From Candidatus Hydrogenedentota bacterium (GTDB lineage Bacteria > Hydrogenedentota > Hydrogenedentia > Hydrogenedentales > SLHB01): a DNA stretch of 64,000 bases. This document shows, one piece after another, positions 18,038 through 27,621 of this stretch; positions within the stretch are counted from its first letter, which is position 1; each line of letters begins with the position of its first letter. The stretch is taken from positions 224,001 through 288,000 of the forward strand of contig CAXXYE010000008.1 of NCBI GenBank assembly GCA_963674865.2. The letters run 5' to 3'. The notes under the pieces are model-generated. The model was given only the letters and a program-made list of their open reading frames with translations, was not told the origin of the DNA and made no database searches. Made by a program: the position numbers and the translations under genes.

Positions 18038-19654
18038 CTAGCCTCTCGGCCCGGACAAGGAGTAAAGCGTCTCAACGAACTCCTTGTCTCGTCCAACGAT
18101 AGCATATATGGGATCCGCGCCCGCGATGCGTATCCGGCGGCTCACGCGCGCATACAAGACATCCACCAGGAGGGCAAGTCCCACGCCTGCCATCAGTCCT
18201 ATGACGACGGACAGCACGAGGAGAAGCTTTGTCTTTGGCCATACGGGCTTCTCCGGCGGCGTGGCTCGCTCGACCACGCGCATCGAAGGGGGGGCGGACA
18301 ACGCCGTCGCTTCCGAGGCCGCGGCCATCATCAGTTTGTCTTGCAGCAAGATGTACTTCTTCTCGAGGATATCGCGCTCGCGATTCAAATCGCGAGAGGC
18401 CTTCATCTTTTTGGGCACGTCGCCGACGCGGTCCTCCAGGTCTCTTGTCGCCTCAAGTCTTACATCGAGTCCGGCTCGAGCGCCCTTCAGTTCCGATTCC
18501 AGGAGGCCCTTCCGCTGTCGCAGGGTCTCGTACATCTCGTTGATGACTCTGCTGGTTTGGGCCTCCTTCATTTTCTCTTCTTTTTCAAGCAAGTCCTTTA
18601 TGGCCTGTATTTGCGCATCGAGTTCCTCGATTTCCGGTGAATCGGGCCGGAATCGCTCCAGGGCCTGGTTGCGGGATAGCTCGACTTGTGTAAGGCGGTC
18701 GACGAGGGACTCTCGGATGCTGTTCAGTTGAAAGACATGGGAACTGGTGACTTCGGGACTTTCCTTCTTGAGTTGCCGCTCGATTTCCTGCAGGGACTCC
18801 TCAATCGTGGCGACGGCGGACTCGGTTTCGACGACCGACGCCTGCATTTCGAGCCATTGCCCGATCTCGACCTTATCCTTCTCGAAGGTCAAGAGAATGC
18901 TGTTTTCCGTATAGTACTGCTCCATCTCGCGCTCTTTGGCCAGGAGTTCTGTGCGTGCGTTCTCCACTTCGGGGAAAAGACTGTTGTAGGCTTTCTCCGC
19001 TTCCCGTACGTGGCGCATTCGACGCTCCGAGAGGTAGGTCTCGACTAAAGTGTCCGCCACCTGGGCCACTTGCGGTGAAGGCCCGCGGACGATCAGGTTG
19101 CCCACGTTTGTTTCGGGAACGGCATCGAGAACCACGCCGCGCTGGAAGTCGTGGATGGTTCGCGCGTGCTCAATCTCCTCCTCGGTGGGCGCATAGGGGC
19201 TCTTGGGCTTGCGGAGGATCCATTTCTTGACGCGCCGGTAGTTTTTGCCCACCCAGGATTCCGTCCAGAGATAGGCCACGTGGCTCATGAAGGGATGGTA
19301 GACGTCGTCGTAGGTGAGGCCTAGTTCATCGACGACCTTCTCGAGAATCGGGCCGGAAACCATGAGATAGGCTTCGTCGGGGAGATGGTCTTTGCGAAAG
19401 ATGTTCCAGGTGCGATAGAACTCGTCCCGCTGCATGTCTTCGTCGGCGTCGGCCACCACCGTGACAACGCCTTGATATACGGGCGGCCAGATGACGATAT
19501 ACATCACCACGACCGCCACCGTGAGAAGGCAGGTTGCCGCGATGAGCAGCTTGTGGCCGTAGCAGGCCTGCTTGATGCCCTCCCATGACTTGCGGACGTC
19601 AAAGGCGTCCCGCGTTTCACCGTTCCTGTCCGGGGCATGTGTTTCAGCCGTCAC
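18038..19654 (-). CDS. Polysaccharide co-polymerase (GumC/Wzc N-terminal part)
   Basis: N-terminal TM followed by PPVY, long coiled coil, RFRPDSPEI, C-terminal PPEKPVWPK followed by TM. Confidence 0.85.
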   Translation of the reverse strand: MTAETHAPDRNGETRDAFDVRKSWEGIKQACYGHKLLIAATCLLTVAVVVMYIVIWPPVYQGVVTVVADADEDMQRDEFYRTWNIFRKDHLPDEAYLMVSGPILEKVVDELGLTYDDVYHPFMSHVAYLWTESWVGKNYRRVKKWILRKPKSPYAPTEEEIEHARTIHDFQRGVVLDAVPETNVGNLIVRGPSPQVAQVADTLVETYLSERRMRHVREAEKAYNSLFPEVENARTELLAKEREMEQYYTENSILLTFEKDKVEIGQWLEMQASVVETESAVATIEESLQEIERQLKKESPEVTSSHVFQLNSIRESLVDRLTQVELSRNQALERFRPDSPEIEELDAQIQAIKDLLEKEEKMKEAQTSRVINEMYETLRQRKGLLESELKGARAGLDVRLEATRDLEDRVGDVPKKMKASRDLNRERDILEKKYILLQDKLMMAAASEATALSAPPSMRVVERATPPEKPVWPKTKLLLVLSVVIGLMAGVGLALLVDVLYARVSRRIRIAGADPIYAIVGRDKEFVETLYSLSGPRG

Positions 19655-19665
19655 TCTGTCTACTC

Positions 19666-20436
19666 CTACTGAGTGCGCATGATTTCTTCTTGCCTCTCCG
19701 CACTCTCTTGAATTTCCTTAAGGATGGTGAACTGGAAGTACGGGGAAAGGGCCTGGTTGATTCCACCTAAGGGGGTGTTCAGGAAGTCTTCAATGAAGCG
19801 CACGAACTGCGATCGGTGACTTTCGGGAACCACCACCACGTCATCCGCCTGGAGGGGCGTGTTCTGAAGGGCCAGGTAGAAGGATGCCGGGCCGCGTGAG
19901 GAGCGCTCAAGCACGTACGCGCAGAGCCGGCCCTCATCATCCAGCCGGACGATGGCGATACGGCGCTTCGCCCCCGATCTGTTGGCTCCTCCGCATTGTG
20001 CCAGGGCCTGAGCGGCGGTGTGGGCCTCGCGCAGTGGCACGGCGCGAACGGTTCCCACTTCGCCAGCAACGTACACCATGGGCTCGTGCGCCCGCTGGAT
20101 GATTACCGTCACCTCAGGATCTACAAGGCGCTCGGAGTAGCGGCGTGTCAGAAGGTCATCCAGTTCGGTAACCGTGAGGCCTGCCGCCTCGATCCGATCA
20201 AGGACGGGGAGTGAAATGAAGCCGTCATAAAGGACCACGGCCTGCCGCGACAGCTCCGGGTTTCTGTACACGACGACGTCGACTTGATCGCCGGGCGCCA
20301 AGACATATTCCTTGCGGTATCGCTCGGTGGATTGAAACACCTCTGCCTGCGCCGCAAGAGTCGTGTGCGACGCAGTATGAGCACATCCCGACAACCACAG
20401 CGCCAACAGCACCACGCCATATGCGAACGGTCTCAT
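19666..20436 (-). CDS. Wza-like polysaccharide export lipoprotein
   Basis: Lipobox LSGC; YVLAPGDQV, DGFISLP, VYVAGEV, SLBB-type LQADDVVVVP. Alternative start at 20475. Confidence 0.9.
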   Translation of the reverse strand: MRPFAYGVVLLALWLSGCAHTASHTTLAAQAEVFQSTERYRKEYVLAPGDQVDVVVYRNPELSRQAVVLYDGFISLPVLDRIEAAGLTVTELDDLLTRRYSERLVDPEVTVIIQRAHEPMVYVAGEVGTVRAVPLREAHTAAQALAQCGGANRSGAKRRIAIVRLDDEGRLCAYVLERSSRGPASFYLALQNTPLQADDVVVVPESHRSQFVRFIEDFLNTPLGGINQALSPYFQFTILKEIQESAERQEEIMRTQ

Positions 20437-20471
20437 CCGAGTCAAGCCCTCTTCTTTGTATCTGAGTTTAT

Positions 20472-21488
20472 TCATCCGCTGTCGCACTGTTTGGGAGCGG
20501 ACACACCGGGAGGCTCCCAAGGCTCAGGCAGTCCCGGCATCATTCTTCGCAAGCAGCCGGGCAGAAGGAGAAGCAGCGGCACTACCATCCATGTCTTTAC
20601 CGAAAAGGTGTTCTCACGCAATGATTGGACAAGATACCGACGGGCTTCGGCAAGTTTGCCGTCGCGAAGCAGAATCAGAGCCTTGGCGCGGTAGAGCCTG
20701 CCAAGGGTCGTTTTCCGCTGGTGCTCGCTCGCTCCCGAGAAGCGTCGTCGAGCATAGAGTCGAATCATTGTCTCCACGACGAGTCGGTCGTCCATCAGCC
20801 GCGAGTTTCTCAGAGAGCGAGGATGGAAGCGGAAGCCAAGGAGTTCTTCGGAAGTGAACCAGCCCGTGGCGTGTTGCTCTCCAAGGCGAAGGAATATGTT
20901 GTTTTCGAAGGGATAGTTGCCGTGGCAGTCCTCATCGACGAAACCTGCTTTGTCGAGTGCGCTCCGGCGGAACAGCGTGCCTGAAATCGGAGTGAATCCA
21001 CAAGCCATGTGTTGGGAGAGTACGTCGAACAGGCCTGTTTCTTGGCCTATTCGGCCGTGTTGTCGCAGGTAGCGCGCCTTCTCCTCGAGAGATGGTCTGC
21101 CTTGCAGATTCATTGTGAATGGGTTTGCCACAAACAGTGCCGCTGCCGGGTGCTGCTCCAGTACCGCGGTTCCTTTTGCCAGATAATCAGGTTTGAGCAC
21201 GTCATCATCGTGAAGGATCATGAAATAGGGGCAGTCCCCTGACGACTTGAAGAAAAACCGTCCCTGGCCGTATTCACCGACGTTTTCTGCCTGCCTATAG
21301 AACGCGACGCGATCATCCCGCAGGCCATGAATGAATTCTTCCACAGTGCGGGCGGCGCTGTCTTCGCTCTGGTTATCGCTGACGACAATCTTGAAGTCCT
21401 GAAATGTTTGGCTCAGTGCGCTTTTCACCGTCTCCTGAACGAGCACGGGCCGGCTACGCGTTGGTATCCCTATGAAAACCTTCGCCAT
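20472..21488 (-). CDS. Glycosyltransferase family 2
   Basis: VFIGIPT, SALSQTFQDF, VSDNQS, ILHDDD. Confidence 0.9.
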   Translation of the reverse strand: MAKVFIGIPTRSRPVLVQETVKSALSQTFQDFKIVVSDNQSEDSAARTVEEFIHGLRDDRVAFYRQAENVGEYGQGRFFFKSSGDCPYFMILHDDDVLKPDYLAKGTAVLEQHPAAALFVANPFTMNLQGRPSLEEKARYLRQHGRIGQETGLFDVLSQHMACGFTPISGTLFRRSALDKAGFVDEDCHGNYPFENNIFLRLGEQHATGWFTSEELLGFRFHPRSLRNSRLMDDRLVVETMIRLYARRRFSGASEHQRKTTLGRLYRAKALILLRDGKLAEARRYLVQSLRENTFSVKTWMVVPLLLLLPGCLRRMMPGLPEPWEPPGVSAPKQCDSG

Positions 21489-21551
21489 CTAGTCCGGCCC
21501 CGCTCCATTCTCTTCGTATGCTGCTACCTGTTCAAGACGGCAGCTTTTTGC

Positions 21552-22550
21552 CTAGTCGTCCTGTACCTCGGCGCCGTCGCCGGCGAGCACGTCGCGGTAC
21601 CAGTCATAGGTTTCGGCTAGACGCTCATCGAGCGAGGCGCCCGGCGTCCAGCCCAGTTTAGCGCGGGCGCGTTCCGAGGAGAGGTACTGGCGCAGAATCT
21701 CTGCCTTCGCCTGATCCAGCACCACCGGCTGAAGGTCCTCACGCTGGGCGACGCGCAGGATCTTGAGCGTCAGGTCCAGCACGGACACCGGCTCGCCCGC
21801 GCCGAAGTTGAAGGCTTGGCCGTGCAGCGAAGCATCGTCCATCTTCTCGGCGAGCCGCAAGTATCCTTCCGCGATATCCTGGACGTAGACGTAATCTCGA
21901 ACGGGCGATCCGTCACTACGGATAATGGGGCGTTCGCCTTGGAGAACCGACCTCATGGTGCCGGGGACGATTCGGCTGTAGTTCATATCGCCCGGGCCGA
22001 ACAGGTTGCCGCACCGCGTCACGCAGACGGGGGTCTTGTAGGTGTGGTAATAGGCGGCGGCGATCAGATCCGCGCAGCTCTTCGACACATCGTAGGGGTG
22101 CTGCCCTTGGAGTGGGGCATCCTCGTGATACGGGAGGTCGGGCTGATCCCCGTAGGCTTTGTCGCTTGACGCGGCCACGATCCTTGTCACCTGCGGGCAG
22201 CGCCGGCAGGCCTCGATAAGGACCCATGTCCCCTTGATATTACTCTCGAAAGTGGATAGCGGGTTGCGGTTGGCCACTCCTACGATGGCTTGGGCCGCGA
22301 GGTGAAAGACGGTGTCAATTTCGTACTCGCTGAGCGCCCGTTCGACGGTTTCGCCGTCTTCAACGCAGCCGCGGACGACGGCTATCTGCTTCTCCAATCC
22401 CTTCAAGAAGAAAGGGGCCTGCGCCACAACATCTCGCACCAGTCCGACCACATGAGCGCCGCGGCCGACCAATTCGGAGGTAAGCCACCAGCCGAGGAAT
22501 CCGGTGCATCCGGTGACAAAGACCTTGCGATCTTTCCAGAAACCCATCAC
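21552..22550 (-). CDS. NDP-sugar 4,6-dehydratase (CDP-glucose/GDP-mannose 4,6-dehydratase-like SDR)
   Basis: VTGCTGFLG, FHLAAQAIV, ASSDKAY, YDVSK, RCGNLFGPGD; directly follows an RfbF-like gene. Confidence 0.85.
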   Translation of the reverse strand: MMGFWKDRKVFVTGCTGFLGWWLTSELVGRGAHVVGLVRDVVAQAPFFLKGLEKQIAVVRGCVEDGETVERALSEYEIDTVFHLAAQAIVGVANRNPLSTFESNIKGTWVLIEACRRCPQVTRIVAASSDKAYGDQPDLPYHEDAPLQGQHPYDVSKSCADLIAAAYYHTYKTPVCVTRCGNLFGPGDMNYSRIVPGTMRSVLQGERPIIRSDGSPVRDYVYVQDIAEGYLRLAEKMDDASLHGQAFNFGAGEPVSVLDLTLKILRVAQREDLQPVVLDQAKAEILRQYLSSERARAKLGWTPGASLDERLAETYDWYRDVLAGDGAEVQDD

Positions 22551-23251
22551 GAGCCTTCCTTCACGAGCCAGGGAATGGAGCCATCACTTATGAGGTCCTC
22601 GAATTCCATGACGTCCTTGTAGTTGTCCACCGACTTGAAGAATCCCTTGTGGCGGTAAGCGTACACTCGCCCTTCTTCGATCAGCGCCGGCAGGACCTCG
22701 CGTTCCAGATTGTGGCCGTGCCAGCGATCGAACACCTTGCGGTCGAATACCATGAAGCCCGCGTTGATCCAGTGCTCTTGGATCAGAGGTTTTTCTCGCA
22801 TTTCGTCAACCTTGCCGTCATCTTCAACGGTGAGCACACCATATTGGCTGATGAGCGGCACGGAAGTTATGGAGATCAGGCCGTCGTGGTTGTTGTGGAA
22901 CTCAATGAGTTGCCGCAGGTTCACATCGCAGAAGCCGTCGGCGTAGGTAGCGATGAACAGGTCTCCGACCCTGTCCCTGCAGGAATAGATCCGATCGCCT
23001 GTGTCGGCGTCGTCGCCCGTGTCGACGATGTCGATAGCGGCGCCCAAGTCCTTCCCTTCGAAGTAGTCGTCGATAGCGGCTTTGCCGTATCCCGCAGCCA
23101 GGATGAACTCATGAAAGCCTTGGGCGATGAAGCTCTTTATCACGCGTGTGAGGACGGGCGATCCCTGAAGAGGAAGCATGGGTTTGGGAAGGTAGGTGGT
23201 GAACGGAAACGCCCTGACACCCTTACCCCCGCATAGAATAACGACTTTCAA
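22547..23251 (-). CDS. Glucose-1-phosphate cytidylyltransferase-like nucleotidyltransferase (RfbF-like)
   Basis: MKVVILCGGKG, PKPM, VDTGDDADTG, TYADG, WINAGF, YRHKGFF. Confidence 0.8.
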   Translation of the reverse strand: MKVVILCGGKGVRAFPFTTYLPKPMLPLQGSPVLTRVIKSFIAQGFHEFILAAGYGKAAIDDYFEGKDLGAAIDIVDTGDDADTGDRIYSCRDRVGDLFIATYADGFCDVNLRQLIEFHNNHDGLISITSVPLISQYGVLTVEDDGKVDEMREKPLIQEHWINAGFMVFDRKVFDRWHGHNLEREVLPALIEEGRVYAYRHKGFFKSVDNYKDVMEFEDLISDGSIPWLVKEGS

Positions 23252-23292
23252 AGTGGCCTACTTCATCTTTTCGCGACACGCTGCCCGGCACG

Positions 23293-24528
23293 CTATTCGC
23301 CGCCTGTCAGAAAACTTTCGACGTCGATGTGGGCGAAGCCGATTCCGAATTCCCCACCCTTCCAACCTCTATTCACGAGCGGCGCCAGTTCGTCAAGAGC
23401 CACGTGGCCCGCAAACCAAAGCTTGAGCGTGTTTTCATCCAAGAGGGCGGCCGGCGCAAGAATTTCACCACTAGTCCAGGCAAAATTCTCCCGGGAGAAG
23501 AGGGGCGCGGCATCCTGAATGAAGTCCGTCTCGCCATTGTCCGAAACCGCGTGGTGTAGAGCGACCTGCTGCCATTCCGGACGGGCGCCTTTCTGAAACA
23601 GCGCCACGGACATCACCAAGTGCACGCGCTCACGCAGCACAAATGCGGCCGGCGCCGAATAACCGACGTAGCCTCTCTCCGCGGGATAGGCCGCGCATTG
23701 GGCAAGGACCTTGCGCGGGGGCGTGAAGTGCTTGCCGTTTACCGATGTGGCCAGGCCGATGGTTTGGTCTTGGGGAGGCGTTCCCCCGGCGCGCGCACCG
23801 ATGGCGCTGAAGTAGAGGAGGATCTTGTCGTCGAAGACAACGGCGCCGGGCTCGGCGACCAAATATCCGTTCCAGTCCTGCACGTTTCCTGTGGCGCTGA
23901 ACAGGGGCTCATCATCGAGCGCCCATGTCGCCCCATCTCTGGAGACGGCATGGCAGATCGCCATGGGAGGCGTTTGCCCTGAGGGGTAGACGCCCGTCAG
24001 ATACATGTGGTAACGGCCCCTGAAGAAGACTACGCTTGGCGTTTCCAGGCTGACAAACGGGGTGCCCTCTGCCGATAGAAGCGGCGCGCTCGGCGCCAAA
24101 CGCCACTGCATTCCGTCGTCTGAAATCGCGCGAAAGGGCAGGACGGGCGGCTGAAAGGGCTCATCCGTACTCGTGGTGAAGTACATCGTGTAGGAATCGG
24201 CCTCGTGAAGGACGCAGGGATCGTTCCATAGGCCCTTGTCCCGGTAGTCTCCGGCCTTGATGACGGGATTGTTCGGGTCGACGACCCACGCGTTTCCCTG
24301 GGATTCGCCCTCAGGCAGCGTGCCAGCGGCCTGTCCTGGCGCCGGCGTCAAACAAACGAGCGAGGCGAGCAAGGCCGACCACCACAGCGATTGCCAAAGC
24401 CGTGTCCCGCGCTGCGAGATCCAGGTCTTCTCAGTAGTCTCGGCGGCACGATTCACCCGCTGATCGACGGGGCGCTTGGCCGCTGCCTGCCTAACTTTCC
24501 GACGAGATGAGTTCCCCAATTTCCACAT
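23293..24528 (-). CDS. Secreted five-bladed beta-propeller glycosidase-like protein (GH32/43/117/130 fold)
   Basis: WNDPCV, ETPSVV, AEPGAV, SAPAA, LAPAA blade starts; SxDG/SxNG turns; start codon uncertain. Confidence 0.6.
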   Translation of the reverse strand: MWKLGNSSRRKVRQAAAKRPVDQRVNRAAETTEKTWISQRGTRLWQSLWWSALLASLVCLTPAPGQAAGTLPEGESQGNAWVVDPNNPVIKAGDYRDKGLWNDPCVLHEADSYTMYFTTSTDEPFQPPVLPFRAISDDGMQWRLAPSAPLLSAEGTPFVSLETPSVVFFRGRYHMYLTGVYPSGQTPPMAICHAVSRDGATWALDDEPLFSATGNVQDWNGYLVAEPGAVVFDDKILLYFSAIGARAGGTPPQDQTIGLATSVNGKHFTPPRKVLAQCAAYPAERGYVGYSAPAAFVLRERVHLVMSVALFQKGARPEWQQVALHHAVSDNGETDFIQDAAPLFSRENFAWTSGEILAPAALLDENTLKLWFAGHVALDELAPLVNRGWKGGEFGIGFAHIDVESFLTGGE

Positions 24529-25034
24529 CGTCCTTTCTGTTCTGCCTAGCGAAGGAAGCTCGTCGCACAGGGCGATGGAGAACTTGTTGCCACATTCGTT
24601 ATTCCGACGGCCCTCCGTTTGACGACTGCCCCGACGCGCGCCTATTGTCGGCAAGCCTGCAGGCAGAATGTACCAGACTCACCTGGGGGGCTCGCAGTTC
24701 TTGGTCGATGCCCGCGGCGGCTCAAATCCGGATTCCCCTGTCTAGCCGGCATCTAATCATACACATGTTCAAGGAATCAAGCCTCTGAAGGGCCCCCGGC
24801 GGCCGGGTTGCGGATTGCGCCGCGCGTCAAGCCATTGGAAGTGAAGACATTAGCGAAACCAGTTTCTTCATCCTTTTGGTGAGCACGTCTCAAGAGATGG
24901 GGCCGTTTTAGAGCAGCGTGTACGCGGCGCGGTCGAGTTATCCGGCGATGACGGTGGTCGCCAAGGTCTTGATCGAAGGGCGGCGCGGGCCCATACCAAA
25001 AACCGATAAACGGCTAGAGCCGGATTCCGCGTGC

Positions 25035-25913
25035 CTATTCCACCTCGGGCGCATCCGGCGGCACGACTGCGTCGAAGTTGGCTTCGGCGCTGGTGGGGCC
25101 TTCTCCCAACGCCCAGCGCATTGCATCCGCCGCCGACTTCAAGAATGTCTTATTCGTCCAGATGTCTTCGCGGTGGCCGATGGCGTTGTAGTAGACTCGG
25201 CCCTTGCCGACGGCGCTACACCAAATCACGGGATAGGGAGGGATTTGGTAGATCTCCTGCTTACGCCCGGCTTCCCCTGGATCTAATAGGGCGAGGACGT
25301 GCATCGCCTTCTTGTTGAACTCTTGGAACAGGTACCACTCCTCATGGAGTTTCCAGCCGTCAGGCACGTGCGCCATCGTGGGATGTCCCGCGTCCACCAC
25401 CTTGAGCGTCCCCTCGAACTGGCTTCCATGGGTGCGGAATTCCGCGCCGAGCATTTGGATGTAAGGCGTCGGCTCCGGAGCCGGTGTATCGAACGTGTCG
25501 GTGGCCGAATGAAAGCCTATGAAGCCGCCCCCGGCCTTGATCCACGCGATCAAGTCCGCCACGCCGGTGTCTTCCATGACGGACGTCTCCGTGCTGTTCG
25601 GTTTGGTTAGATCGCCCTGGGTGTAGAAGATGACGAGTTTGTATTTGGCCAGTTCGGCGGCATTAATCAGGTCTGCGTCCTTTGACGACGTGTAAGGCAG
25701 GTCCATCTGCTTGGCCAATGCAGCCAAGGCCACATCCGCCACGCCGGGCTGCCCATCCTCCCGGAAGATCGGCCCGTGCGAGAACTGCTCCGAGGTGGTC
25801 AAGAAAAGGACCCGCGGTTCCTCCGCCGCCGAGCGGCCCAATGCAGCCGCCCACAATACCGTTAACACCAATGCTATGCGTATCCCATTCATCGCAAGAA
25901 CTCCCCATTTCAT
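25035..25913 (-). CDS. ThuA-like (class I glutamine amidotransferase fold) secreted protein
   Basis: GGGFIGFHSATD, EEWY, GKGRVYYNAIGH. Confidence 0.85.
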   Translation of the reverse strand: MKWGVLAMNGIRIALVLTVLWAAALGRSAAEEPRVLFLTTSEQFSHGPIFREDGQPGVADVALAALAKQMDLPYTSSKDADLINAAELAKYKLVIFYTQGDLTKPNSTETSVMEDTGVADLIAWIKAGGGFIGFHSATDTFDTPAPEPTPYIQMLGAEFRTHGSQFEGTLKVVDAGHPTMAHVPDGWKLHEEWYLFQEFNKKAMHVLALLDPGEAGRKQEIYQIPPYPVIWCSAVGKGRVYYNAIGHREDIWTNKTFLKSAADAMRWALGEGPTSAEANFDAVVPPDAPEVE

Positions 25914-26026
25914 CCCGTGCTCAGGGGGGGTAGAGTAAAGTCCGCGCGGCGGAAGTTCAAGGGGTTAGATCCAACCTCCCCTGGGCTGAAGGCCAGGGGA
26001 GAGCAGGTTTCCGAGGCATGGACGAT

Positions 26027-26056
26027 TTGACTTCGCCTGCGTGTTCTTGCTAGAGT
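26027..26056 (+). promoter_or_regulatory. Sigma70-like promoter of rplJL
   Basis: TTGACT, 18-nt spacer ending TGC, then TAGAGT, just upstream of the L10 leader. Confidence 0.55.
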
Positions 26057-26084
26057 CCCGCCCCGATAAAGTCGAACGAGACTG

Positions 26085-26205
26085 CATCGCGCGTCGAAGA
26101 CAGCCGGCGGCCTACGGGCCTTAAACTTCGCCTGCCGAGACTGCGGATGGTATGAGTAATCGCACTGTCCCGCACTGTCTTTTGGCCGTGCGGGACAGTT
26201 TTGTT
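26085..26205 (+). ncRNA. Ribosomal protein L10 leader with attenuator hairpin
   Basis: CGAAGACAGCCGG...TTAAA...CCTGCCGAG core, then hairpin ACTGTCCCGCAC/GTGCGGGACAGT plus TTTGTT, upstream of rplJ. Confidence 0.75.
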
Positions 26206-26233
26206 CGGGAAGACCGAAGGGAGGTGAAGGTAC

Positions 26234-26764
26234 TTGCCGAAACAAGAAAAGATTGATGCCGTCGCCGAGATCAAAGAGCGCATCGAGCAGAGCGAAGTGG
26301 CGATCCTCACGAAGTACGTCGGGATCAACGTCGAGAATGTGACGGAGCTTCGCAAGCGGCTGCGCGAGCAGAACGTATCCCTCAAGGTATACAAGAATAC
26401 GCTCGCCAAGATCGCGCTGGATGAGCTGGGGCTCTCGGCCGTGGCCCCCATGATGGAAGGGCCCACGGCGTGGGCGTTCTCGGACGACCCCGTCGCGCCG
26501 GCCAAAGCCTTAAAGGCGTTTGCGAAGGAGGCGCCCGTCGTCGCAATGAGCGGGGGTATTCTCCAGGGCAAAGTGGTTACGGCGCAAGAGCTAACGGCGC
26601 TGGCCGACCTGCCGCCGCGCGAAGCGCTGCTGGCGCAGGTGGTTGGAACCATCGCCGCGCCGCTGCGCAATTGCGTGGGGGTATTGAACGCCCTGCCGCG
26701 TAATCTCGTAAACGTGCTGGATCAGGTTCGGAAGCAAAAGGAAGAAGCCGCCGAGGCCGCGTAG
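26234..26764 (+). CDS. rplJ: 50S ribosomal protein L10
   Basis: TELRKRLRE, KVYKNTL, GPTA, LADLPPRE; TTG start with RBS GGAGGTG. Confidence 0.97.
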   Translation: MPKQEKIDAVAEIKERIEQSEVAILTKYVGINVENVTELRKRLREQNVSLKVYKNTLAKIALDELGLSAVAPMMEGPTAWAFSDDPVAPAKALKAFAKEAPVVAMSGGILQGKVVTAQELTALADLPPREALLAQVVGTIAAPLRNCVGVLNALPRNLVNVLDQVRKQKEEAAEAA

Positions 26765-26836
26765 TAGCCTCGGAATTTGCCCCCGGGAGTGCCCGGGAAG
26801 ACAAAGCCAATACAAGGTTGGAGGATATAGGGAATC

Positions 26837-27238
26837 ATGGCAGAGAAATTGGACGAAATCATCGAGAAGATAGCCGAGCTTTCGGTGCTCGAGCTGAGTG
26901 AATTGGTTAAGGCGCTGGAAGAGAAGTTTGGTGTCGAGGCTGCGGCCCCGATGATGATGGGCGGGATGATGCCGATGGGCGCCGCGGGCGGCGGCGAAGC
27001 GGCCGCTGATGAAGGCCCGACCTCGTTTGACGTCATTCTGGCCGAGATCGGTTCGCAGAAGATCCAGGTTATCAAGGAAGTCCGCGCCATCACCGGGCTC
27101 GGTCTCAAGGAAGCCAAGGACCTCGTGGACGGCGCTCCCAAGCCCATCAAGGAAGGCGTGGACGAGGCCGAGGCCAAGCAGATCAAAGAGAAGGTCGAAG
27201 CCGTGGGCGCCACGGTCGAGATCAAGGGCGCCGCTTAG
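26837..27238 (+). CDS. rplL: 50S ribosomal protein L7/L12
   Basis: [42 protein letters not shown]. Confidence 0.98.
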   Translation: MAEKLDEIIEKIAELSVLELSELVKALEEKFGVEAAAPMMMGGMMPMGAAGGGEAAADEGPTSFDVILAEIGSQKIQVIKEVRAITGLGLKEAKDLVDGAPKPIKEGVDEAEAKQIKEKVEAVGATVEIKGAA

Positions 27239-27267
27239 TTCGGCATCCCGACAGTCAATTCGGTACG

Positions 27268-27314
27268 AACCGCGGCCCATCGGGCATCGCCCGGCGGGCT
27301 GCGGTTTCCTTTTT
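27268..27314 (+). terminator. Intrinsic terminator after rplL
   Basis: Stem AACCGCGGCCC...GGGCTGCGGTT followed by TCCTTTTT. Confidence 0.7.
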
Positions 27315-27391
27315 GGCGCCTTTGGACTCCGGCCACCGGGGGGCAAATCCGCACGTAAGCCGGGCAGGCTTCGCGCCGATCGCGGGAATGT

Positions 27392-27498
27392 GCAGGCTGG
27401 AAGCCCGCACCACCATATGGCCCTTCTTGGGCTTTGGGCAAGCGGGTCTTGACAAATGGCGAGCGCGCCGGAGATTGTGGCGCAGGCATCCTGCCTGC
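27392..27498. repeat. Inverted pair of REP-like elements
   Basis: GCAGGCTGGAAGCCCGCACCAC (27392-27413) and GTGGCGCAGGCATCCTGCCTGC (27477-27498) are 18/22 reverse-complementary. Confidence 0.55.
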
Positions 27499-27621
27499 CT
27501 CCGGCGCGCGTGCTTGGGATGCAGAACCACGCTTGCGTGCGGATTCCGGCGGGGGTAATCACTTTACAATCACGAAGGGCTGTGCTACCCTCATTCAGGC
27601 GAGTTGGGGAGAGGGAAAGCC

